A DNA stretch of 14,066 nucleotides, from NCBI GenBank assembly GCA_964532795.1, contig CAZHJL010000105.1:1-14066 (forward strand), given 5' to 3'. The notes under the pieces were generated by a model that saw only the letters and a program-made list of their open reading frames with translations, had not been told where the DNA came from and searched no databases. Every line of letters begins with the position of its first letter. The first letter of the stretch is position 1. Position numbers and translations under genes: made by a program. Source of the stretch: an uncultured Phycisphaeraceae bacterium (GTDB lineage: Bacteria; Planctomycetota; Phycisphaerae; Phycisphaerales; Phycisphaeraceae). Positions 7,576 through 14,066 of this stretch are shown here, one piece after another.

Positions 7576-7724
7576 GGCCACTCTGCCACACATGCCCGAG
7601 CCCGTCGCAGTCTCAGCGCCCTGCGACCGTGAGACTGATGCGGGCCGCAATGCGGCCAGTCGGGGCAAGGGGTTACGGCCGGGAGTCTCAAAGTCTCACG
7701 TTTTGGCGGTTCCGTCCCCCAGAC

Positions 7725-8108
7725 CTATGTCCGATCGATCACATCCACATCATCCATCAACTTGAAGCTGCCCTCACTGATATTCACTTGGACCAGTTGT
7801 CGCATCGGCTTGGGCATCGACAGGAACGGTATGAGCAGCTGCAACGCCGAGTCGTGAGCTTCGTCGTTGCTGCCCATCTGGTTGCTCAGTGACGCGAGGA
7901 CCACCAAGGTGTGGGGCGACAGCTTTGGTTCATCCGTTTCCCAAAGCACATCTATCAGAATCTGCATGGGTTCGAGGATGTTGTTGTCGAGGTCCGGAAC
8001 TCTCTTGCCCAGTTGCTCGCCGCCGGTGGTTATCCAGCAATGGATGTCCTCGACGGTGCACTCGTTCTCCAACGGCGGTGGACCTTCCGGTGCTCGGGTC
8101 TCGGTCAT
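7725..8108 (-). CDS. Hypothetical acidic protein, 127 aa. It is convergent with the operon and lies in a lower-GC patch.
   Basis: The ATG start (rc of 8106-8108) and TAG stop bound a protein-like composition (MTETRAPEGPPPLENECTVEDIHCW…). The overlapping plus-strand ORF is Ser/Arg-rich junk. There is no strong SD and no recognisable domain. Confidence 0.5.
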   Translation of the reverse strand: MTETRAPEGPPPLENECTVEDIHCWITTGGEQLGKRVPDLDNNILEPMQILIDVLWETDEPKLSPHTLVVLASLSNQMGSNDEAHDSALQLLIPFLSMPKPMRQLVQVNISEGSFKLMDDVDVIDRT

Positions 8109-8322
8109 GGTGGCATTCCGATCAGCAGACTTCGGCGGTGAGGGCCGCCTGGGTTGCCAGTTTCACAATCAGCGTCGGCTGATAACAGCCTACTGGTGGA
8201 CGGCGTCGGTCACAAGGCCCCTCGTAACTTTGGCATTGCTTGGATTCCACGCAAAATTTCGGCCCCTTCTGCAAAAAGACAAAGGTGAGGGACCACCTTG
8301 TTTAACTGCGGAAGGAGCCGCC

Positions 8323-8565
8323 GTGCCGCGACATAACCGACTTCGCCACGCCAGAATGACGCCAGCGGATCGCCGGCGGGAGATCGTCGCGATCCTGTCC
8401 CATGGTCTTTGCCGCATGCATGATCGCGGGAGTTCACGGGCTGAAGAAACTCTCCGCCCTGCGCGGGAACCCGCTTGCAATCCTGGCGAAAAGGCGGCTC
8501 AGTGTGTCTCGAACGCCGCCCCGCTCGTGGTTAGCGGGGCCGAGAACGACGAGGACGCACGATGA
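8323..8565 (+). CDS. Candidate small ORF (80 aa, GTG start) translationally coupled to the DUF2924 gene. It may be a regulator or excision cofactor.
   Basis: A strong SD GGAAGGAG (8310-8317) sits 5 nt before the GTG. The stop TGA 8563-8565 overlaps the ATG 8562 of the next gene. The sequence is basic/Arg-rich (…MTPADRRREIVAILSHGLCRMHDRG…). An internal ATG at 8356 is an alternative start. Confidence 0.35.
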   Translation: MPRHNRLRHARMTPADRRREIVAILSHGLCRMHDRGSSRAEETLRPAREPACNPGEKAAQCVSNAAPLVVSGAENDEDAR

Positions 8566-9083
8566 GCGACAACACGACCAGAACGGAACTGGCGGCGCTG
8601 CAGAAGATGACGCCGAAGCAGCTTCGGCAGCGATACCAGGAGCTGTACGGCGACGAGGCCCGGTCGGGCAATCGGCTATGGCTGCTGCGGCGCTGTGCCT
8701 GGCGGGTGCAGGCGCTGGCCGAGGGCGACATGACCGAACGGGCGAAGCGGGTACGCGAGCGGGCGCTGGCGATCGCCAACGACGCCGACGTCCGGGTGAT
8801 CCCGCCTCGCACGCCGGTGCCAGAAACAGAACTGCCACGTCGGGTGTCGGCCACCGACCTGAAACCCGATGATCGCCTGCCGATGGCGCACACCGTGCTG
8901 ACACGCGAGTTCAAGGGCAGACGATACGAGGTGACGGTTCTGCCCAATGGCTTCGAGTACGACGGCGAGATGTACCAGAGCCTCAGCGCCGTGGCCCACG
9001 CCATCACCGGCAGCCACTGGAACGGGTATCACTTCTTCAAGGGATCGCTGCTGAATGCGATCAAACTGCAGGGGGCCGAATGA
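8562..9083 (+). CDS. DUF2924-like protein (173 aa), of the kind commonly found immediately upstream of large serine recombinases.
   Basis: The N-terminal pattern LAALQKMTPKQLRQRYQELYGDEARSGNRLWLLRRCAWRVQALAEG and the C-terminal pattern FKGRRYEVTVLPNGFEYDGEMYQSLSAVAHAITGSHWNGYHFF match the remembered DUF2924 family consensus. SD GAGGA is 6 nt upstream. The stop overlaps the recombinase ATG (ATGA at 9080-9083). Confidence 0.7.
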   Translation: MSDNTTRTELAALQKMTPKQLRQRYQELYGDEARSGNRLWLLRRCAWRVQALAEGDMTERAKRVRERALAIANDADVRVIPPRTPVPETELPRRVSATDLKPDDRLPMAHTVLTREFKGRRYEVTVLPNGFEYDGEMYQSLSAVAHAITGSHWNGYHFFKGSLLNAIKLQGAE

Positions 9084-10654
9084 ACAAGTCGAACAGCAAA
9101 CAGGCTGCGGACACACCAACCGTGCGATGTGCCATCTACACCCGCAAGAGTACGGATGAGGGGTTGGAACTGGACTTCAACACGCTAGACGCCCAGCGTG
9201 ACGCGGGCGAGAACTACATCGCCAGCCAGAAGAGTCAGGGCTGGGTGTGCCTGGCCGACCGTTATGACGACGGCGGTTTCTCCGGCGGCACAGTGGATCG
9301 GCCCGCGTTCCAGCGGCTGATGGCCGACGTTGAGGCCGAACGCATCGACTGCATCGTCGTCTACAAGATCGACCGCCTGTCGCGCAGCCTGATGGACTTC
9401 GCCCGGATCATGGAGACGCTGGAACGGCACGGGGTGTCGCTGGTCAGCGTCACGCAGCAGTTCAACACGACCACCAGCATGGGCCGATTGACGCTCAACA
9501 TCCTGCTCAGCTTCGCCCAGTTCGAGCGGGAGATAATCTCCGAGCGCACGCGCGACAAGATCGCCTCAGCGCGGCGCAGGGGCAAATGGACCGGTGGCGC
9601 ACCGGTGCTCGGCTACGACCGCGTGCGGGACAACCGTGGCACGCGGCTGGTCGTCAACGAGGAAGAGGCGAAGCGCGTCCGCACCATCTTCGCCAGGTAC
9701 CTGGAACTGCAGTCCATCCTCCAAACCGTCCACTGGCTGGATGCCCGGGGCTGGCGGAACAAGCAGTACACCACGAGCAAGGGCGTGCCGCGCGGCGGGA
9801 AGGATTTCGACAAGTCCACGCTGCTGAAACTGCTGACCAACCGGCTTTACATCGGGAAGATCGTCCACAACGACCAGTGTTTCGACGGCGAACACGAGGC
9901 GATCGTGGACGAAGATGTGTTCGGCCGCGTGCAGGGCCAGCTCGCCCGCAACCGCAACAGCGGCGGCAAGTATCAGCGGAACAAGTACGGAGCGCTGCTC
10001 AAGGGGCTGGTGCGCTGCCGGCACTGCGGCGCTGGCATGAGCCATCACTACGCCTCGCGTGGCCAGCGCCGGTATCGCTACTACGTGTGCCAGACGGCGC
10101 AGAAGAAGGGCTGGTCATCGTGCCCGTACCCGTCGCTGCCCGCGGGCGAACTGGAACAGTTCGTGGTCGAGCGCATCAAGGAGATGACCGGCGACAGGAA
10201 CCTGCTGAGCGACGTGGTCAGCCGGGCCGGCGAACAGCTCAACCGCGAGACGGAAGACCTGGTGCAGCGCCGCAAGCTGCGCGAGAACCGGGCGCGACGC
10301 ATCAGCGAAGACATCAACGACCTGACCCGCAGCCTCGCCATGCACGCCACGCCTGGTGCAGCGGCCGAACTGGCCCGCCTGCAGGACGAACTGGTCGAGG
10401 TGGAGAAGGAGATCGGTGAACTGAACCGCCGGATCGTGGACCTGCAGCATCGAATGATCGACGAGGATGAGCTGACCGGGGCACTGGAGGCATTCGACCC
10501 GATGTGGGATCGGCTTCGACCGGATGAGCGGGCGCGTCTGATCCACCTGCTGGTGCAGTGCATCGAGTACGACGGGGCGAAAGACGAGATCGCCATCACC
10601 TACCACCCGGCGGGCCTGCAGGCCTTCGCCGAAATGGAGACATGCCATGCCTGA
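9080..10654 (+). CDS. Large serine recombinase (resolvase/invertase catalytic domain + recombinase domain + zinc ribbon + coiled coil), 524 aa.
   Basis: The N-terminal catalytic motif is AIYTRKSTDEG…LDAQRD. The resolvase core reads DCIVVYKIDRLSRSLMDFARIMETLERHGVSLVSV. The recombinase domain includes WTGGAPVLGYD. A zinc-ribbon Cys cluster (CRHCGAGMSHHY…YYVCQTAQKKGWSSC) and a C-terminal coiled coil follow. Confidence 0.92.
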   Translation: MNKSNSKQAADTPTVRCAIYTRKSTDEGLELDFNTLDAQRDAGENYIASQKSQGWVCLADRYDDGGFSGGTVDRPAFQRLMADVEAERIDCIVVYKIDRLSRSLMDFARIMETLERHGVSLVSVTQQFNTTTSMGRLTLNILLSFAQFEREIISERTRDKIASARRRGKWTGGAPVLGYDRVRDNRGTRLVVNEEEAKRVRTIFARYLELQSILQTVHWLDARGWRNKQYTTSKGVPRGGKDFDKSTLLKLLTNRLYIGKIVHNDQCFDGEHEAIVDEDVFGRVQGQLARNRNSGGKYQRNKYGALLKGLVRCRHCGAGMSHHYASRGQRRYRYYVCQTAQKKGWSSCPYPSLPAGELEQFVVERIKEMTGDRNLLSDVVSRAGEQLNRETEDLVQRRKLRENRARRISEDINDLTRSLAMHATPGAAAELARLQDELVEVEKEIGELNRRIVDLQHRMIDEDELTGALEAFDPMWDRLRPDERARLIHLLVQCIEYDGAKDEIAITYHPAGLQAFAEMETCHA

Positions 10655-11084
10655 ACCCCCGGAATCCCCCGCAACAGGAGTCACGCATCGCCATTCGCTC
10701 AAATTCATCCGCGAGCACAACGCCCGTCGGGCCGTGCAGCAGGTCGTCGAGGAAGACCCGGCTGAGATGGAACCCGGCCGGGTGCCGCGCGTCACGCGTC
10801 TGATGGCACTGGCGCTGCGGTTCGAACACCTGCTGCAGCGCGGGGCCGTGCGTGACCAGGCGGAACTGGCCGAACTCGGTCATGTGACCCGGGCGCGGGT
10901 GACGCAGATCATGAATCTGCTCTACCTCGCTCCCGACATCCAAGAAACCATCCTCCAACTACCTCGCATCACGTCGGGCAAAGCCCCGATCACCGAACGC
11001 GACCTGCGACCCATCGCCGCCGAGCCCGCCTGGTCGCAACAGCGGCGTCTGTGGGCCGACCTCGCGGCCCACCTGCCATCTTGA
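10647..11084 (+). CDS. Small DNA-binding protein (145 aa) with a ParB/KorB-like helix-turn-helix. Its start overlaps the recombinase stop.
   Basis: The segment DQAELAELGHVTRARVTQIMNLLYLAPDIQETILQL matches the ParB HTH plus the 'LLxLxPxxQExL' recognition-helix pattern. SD GGAGA is 6 nt upstream of ATG 10647, which overlaps the recombinase TGA (10652-10654). Confidence 0.7.
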   Translation: MPEPPESPATGVTHRHSLKFIREHNARRAVQQVVEEDPAEMEPGRVPRVTRLMALALRFEHLLQRGAVRDQAELAELGHVTRARVTQIMNLLYLAPDIQETILQLPRITSGKAPITERDLRPIAAEPAWSQQRRLWADLAAHLPS

Positions 11085-11287
11085 CAGCGACGTTTCTGTT
11101 CGGCGCATGTTCGGGCAGCCACATCCTCGGTCGCCACCTCGGCGCAAATCTATACCATATCATCCTTTAAGCATAACATCATTTTGGCGCGCCAGTTGCA
11201 GTACGCCCGCTTGGCCCGCGACGGATCGCGGACCGGGGTTTTGATCCATCAACGCCTTTGTTCTGGCCACTTCTGGCCGGGGAAAGG

Positions 11288-13096
11288 ATGCCCGAAGTGG
11301 CCACCAATTTCACGCCGAAACACATCTCCTCACCGCAGCTTTTGGAACACGTCACGCCGCAGGTGCTCCTCCGCTTCCTGAAGAAGTACAAGGAGTACTT
11401 CACCGCAGAAGGCGTAATGCCGACCTCGGCCGACGACATCGACTACGACCGCTTGTCGCTCGTACTGGCGTCGCCAAACGAGGTGATGCCCGCCTACCTC
11501 ATGGCGGACCTGTTCTACTGGGACGAGGTCGCCGAGATGGCCGATATCGAGGACCTCAACGAGATCGCCGCGCGGCAAGGGATCGAATTCGGCGACGAGG
11601 TGACCATCGAGGAGGCCGTGCTGCTCGTCCGGATGCACGCACCGGACGACCTCGAAGACCTTTACGACGTGTATCAGGCTCACGGCCTGCTCCGTAAGAA
11701 GAAGCGATTCCTGTCGTACTTTGCCAAGGTCGACGATCTGCCCGAATGGAAGAAGCCGACTCCCAAGAAAATGTCACAGTTCGCGGCTGAGATGGACGGC
11801 TGGTACGCTGACCAGAAGAAAGGCCGGGGAACGCGCGTCTCGGTGATCGAAAAGGATGATGCGGCCTGGTTCATTGTCCGCCACGGTGGGACGTTCAAGC
11901 GCGAGAATGCCGTGGAGAACGGCGAGCCCAAGCTCGTGTTCTACCGCCCCGAGGCGTATGACCTGCTGATCACCGTCATCACCACCGTGGTCGCGGTGCT
12001 CAAGGTGCTCGGTGCGGTATTGGCGTTCCTCGTCTCGCCCATCGGCCTGGTCATCGCGGCGGTGGCTGCACTAGCCGGTTATCTGATCTACGCCACCGAC
12101 ATCGGCGCGAAATCGCTGCAGTGGCTGGGCAGCCGGTTCCAGGTGCTTAAAGAGGATGCGCTGGCCGCCTACCAGGGCATCGCGGATGCTCTGGCTGCCG
12201 GCGACATAGCCCTGGCCGCGAAGGTGTTGTGGCTGACGCTGAAGATGGAGTGGACGCGCGGTGTGAATTTCCTCGAAAAGGTGTGGCTGAACTTCCGCAA
12301 CTTCTTCATTCGCATCGGCTACGACGCCTTCCACGGCCTGCTGGCGGTCGTCGAAATCGTCTGGCATGCGCTGGAGGTCGGCTGGATCGAGTCGGTGGCG
12401 GTCTTCAAAAAACTCTGGTCGAACCTGGTCGGCTTCTTCTCGCGGCTTTGGCAGAACATGGTCGCCATCGCGCGCAAGGCGTGGCAGTGGATCAAGGGTC
12501 TGTTCAGTGAATCCGCGCGCCAGAGCAGCGACAACGTCAATGCCCGCATCGACGCGGAGCGCGATGTCGCGATCAATCGGATCAATGACGCCGGGGAGCG
12601 GGACCGGGCGCGCGCCGAAGCCGAACGCCAGCGTCGCAGAGATCGGGCCGCATCCCAGCACGAGGCGACGCTGGCTGAGATCGAGCGGCAGAACCTCCAG
12701 AAACACAGCGAACTGGACGCCGAGTACGAACGGCGCATGGCCGAGAACGAAGAAGACCTCGAGCAGGCGCGGAAGGAATGGCAGGACGCCATCGACGAAG
12801 CGCGCAATAAGCGCGAGGCGCGTGAACGGGACGACTCCGGCCCCGAGGGACTGCAGAGTGCCGACGACGTGATCGACAAAGCCCGCGATGCGCTGGCCGG
12901 GCTGGGTGACATCGGCGACCTGGTCGAGCAGGAAGCGGCAAAGATCGGCGTGCGCGGCACGTTCAATGCCGCTGCCATTCAGGGCCTGGTCTCCGGCAGC
13001 GCTGCCGACCGCACCGCCAAGGCGACCGAGGAAACCGCCAAGAACACCAAGAAACTGGTCACCGCCGCCCAGACCGGCGGCCTGACCTTCGCGTAA
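11288..13096 (+). CDS. Large membrane-associated protein (~602-612 aa). It has a soluble N-domain, two TM helices, Trp-rich amphipathic repeats, a charged coiled coil and a Gly/Ala-rich C-terminus. It is tape-measure-protein-like (tentative). Alternative starts are TTG 11258 and GTG 11297.
   Basis: The ORF is long and codon-biased. The hydrophobic hairpin is VITTVVAVLKVLGAVLAFLVSPIGLVIAAVAALAGYLIY. Repeated ~25-aa W/F-rich units follow (KVWLNFRNFFIRIGYDAF…, VEIVWHALEVGWIESVAVFKKLW, SNLVGFFSRLWQNMVAIARKAWQWIKGLF). An E/R-rich coiled coil comes next. The product assignment is low-confidence. Confidence 0.75.
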   Translation: MPEVATNFTPKHISSPQLLEHVTPQVLLRFLKKYKEYFTAEGVMPTSADDIDYDRLSLVLASPNEVMPAYLMADLFYWDEVAEMADIEDLNEIAARQGIEFGDEVTIEEAVLLVRMHAPDDLEDLYDVYQAHGLLRKKKRFLSYFAKVDDLPEWKKPTPKKMSQFAAEMDGWYADQKKGRGTRVSVIEKDDAAWFIVRHGGTFKRENAVENGEPKLVFYRPEAYDLLITVITTVVAVLKVLGAVLAFLVSPIGLVIAAVAALAGYLIYATDIGAKSLQWLGSRFQVLKEDALAAYQGIADALAAGDIALAAKVLWLTLKMEWTRGVNFLEKVWLNFRNFFIRIGYDAFHGLLAVVEIVWHALEVGWIESVAVFKKLWSNLVGFFSRLWQNMVAIARKAWQWIKGLFSESARQSSDNVNARIDAERDVAINRINDAGERDRARAEAERQRRRDRAASQHEATLAEIERQNLQKHSELDAEYERRMAENEEDLEQARKEWQDAIDEARNKREARERDDSGPEGLQSADDVIDKARDALAGLGDIGDLVEQEAAKIGVRGTFNAAAIQGLVSGSAADRTAKATEETAKNTKKLVTAAQTGGLTFA

Positions 13097-13138
13097 CGCG
13101 TAGGAGCCCCGGCAGGAAACTTCCGGGGGGAGGCAAGG

Positions 13139-13978
13139 ATGCCGATTACCTGCACTGAAAGCCCCGACTCCCGCCAGTACACCGAAGGCGAATCGGCGGA
13201 ACTGACGTTCACCATCCGAGGCACCGCCGACGAAGCAGCGGCGCTGTCGTCGCTCAACGCCACGGCCCCGTCCATCTTCAACGGACTGGTGCGGCAGCCG
13301 TCCACCGTCGAGCCGGTGCATATCGACGCGACCAATTCCGGGGGCTGCATCTGGACCGGCACCGCGCGATACGCGCCATTCGAGAACCAGGAGCCGGAGA
13401 CCGGCGACTCGGTCTTCAGCTTCGACACCGGTGGCGGCACGCAGCACATCACACAGAGCCGGTCCACCATCGCCAGTTATCCCGCCCCCGGCGTGCCCGC
13501 CGCACCCGACTTCAAGGGTGCGATCGGTGTCACGCACGACAGCGTCGAAGGCGTGGACATCACGATTCCCGTCTACACCTTCTCCGAGACGCACTACCTG
13601 CCCGGGTCCACGGTGACCAATGCGTACAAAGGCGCGCTGTTTCAACTGACCGGCAAGGTCAACACGGGGAGCTTCCGGGGGCTGGCGGCGGGCGAATGCC
13701 TGTTCCTCGGCGCATCGGGTTCACGCCGCGTTCCTGAAGCGGATCCTTCCGGGGGCGATTGGGAGATCACCTTCCGCTTCGCCGGCTCGCCGAACGTGAC
13801 CGGCCTGATGGTCGGCGACATCGGTCCCATCGACAAGAAGGGCTGGGAATACCTCTGGCTGCGCTATGAGGACCAGGAGGACGCGGCCGCCACGGCGCTG
13901 GTCAAGCGACCCGTCGCCGCCTACGTGGAGCAGGTCTACGAGGCGGGTGATTTCTCGACACTTGGGATCGGCACGTGA
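13139..13978 (+). CDS. Hypothetical beta-rich protein, 279 aa. It may be a structural or tail-like partner of the preceding gene.
   Basis: SD GGAGG is 5 nt upstream of the ATG. The composition is Gly/Thr/Ser-rich (TFTIRGTADEAAAL…GDWEITFRFAGSPNVTGLMVGD) with no catalytic motifs. It directly follows the 612-aa gene, 42 nt after its stop. Confidence 0.65.
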   Translation: MPITCTESPDSRQYTEGESAELTFTIRGTADEAAALSSLNATAPSIFNGLVRQPSTVEPVHIDATNSGGCIWTGTARYAPFENQEPETGDSVFSFDTGGGTQHITQSRSTIASYPAPGVPAAPDFKGAIGVTHDSVEGVDITIPVYTFSETHYLPGSTVTNAYKGALFQLTGKVNTGSFRGLAAGECLFLGASGSRRVPEADPSGGDWEITFRFAGSPNVTGLMVGDIGPIDKKGWEYLWLRYEDQEDAAATALVKRPVAAYVEQVYEAGDFSTLGIGT

Positions 13979-13993
13979 CCCCCGGAAGTAAGA

Positions 13994-14066
13994 ATGCCTG
14001 ATTCGCTGAAGAAAGTCCGATCCGGCGAGAAGCTGCGTGTTCCCGCTTCCGCCTACAACGCGTTCA
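13994..14066 (+). CDS. 5' end of another gene (MPDSLKKVRSGEKLRVPASAYNAF…), truncated by the window edge.
   Basis: ATG 13994 is preceded by GGAAG at 5-nt spacing, 15 nt after the previous stop. The frame stays open to the window end. Confidence 0.4.
   Translation, partial: MPDSLKKVRSGEKLRVPASAYNAF

Noticed and set aside
7867-8565. 232-aa plus-strand ORF.
   Set aside because: Its N-terminal two-thirds is antisense to the more protein-like 127-aa minus gene and is Ser/Arg-rich. Only its last 80 codons, which have their own strong SD, are retained as a candidate small ORF.
8190-8904. Minus-strand ORFs 8190-8480 and 8434-8904, and plus-strand ORF 8402-8872.
   Set aside because: They are Arg/Ala-rich and overlap the SD-supported small ORF and the DUF2924 gene. 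No supporting signals were found.
9566-10795. Multiple long ORFs on both strands inside the recombinase gene (e.g. 9586-10419 +, 9566-10048 -, 10115-10795 -).
   Set aside because: The serine recombinase frame carries clear catalytic and zinc-ribbon motifs. The others are typical high-GC shadow ORFs.
12071-13645. 524-aa minus-strand ORF antisense to the 612-aa and 279-aa genes, plus nested ORFs 12319-12978 (-) and 12366-12872 (+).
   Set aside because: They are Gly/Arg/Ala-rich with no TM or motif logic. The antisense partner has a clear SD, membrane hairpin and repeat architecture.

Overview
The window is GC-rich chromosomal DNA with proteobacterial-style operon architecture. The left ~2.5 kb is a conserved housekeeping pair on the minus strand: an NfeD-family membrane protein (YqiJ-like) translationally coupled to a long SPFH/flotillin-family protein (YqiK-like). 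A divergent tRNA pair follows: tRNA-Lys(UUU) on the minus strand and tRNA-Asn(GUU) on the plus strand. tRNA-Asn is followed directly by a strong intrinsic terminator. Everything to the right looks like horizontally acquired accessory DNA. (1) A tightly coupled three-gene operon (~3.48-7.58 kb) encodes a protein with an N-terminal C2H2-type zinc finger, a protein with a disordered N-terminus and a coiled-coil C-terminus, and an atypical lidless Hsp70-family ATPase ending in a Cys-rich zinc-ribbon-like tail. I cannot assign this combination to any described system and consider it the most interesting candidate in the window. (2) A convergent orphan acidic ORF sits in a lower-GC patch. (3) A translationally coupled integration module runs small ORF -> DUF2924-like protein -> large serine recombinase -> ParB-like HTH protein. 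(4) A conspicuous AT-rich, inverted-repeat-flanked patch is a candidate att/boundary site. (5) A 612-aa membrane/coiled-coil protein with Trp-rich amphipathic repeats (tape-measure-like, tentative) is followed by a beta-rich 279-aa protein and the start of another gene. No CRISPR array, rRNA or transposase was seen. Many long ORFs in the six-frame track are antisense artefacts typical of high-GC DNA. Family assignments rest on motifs I can read in the translations and on remembered family features. No database search was possible.
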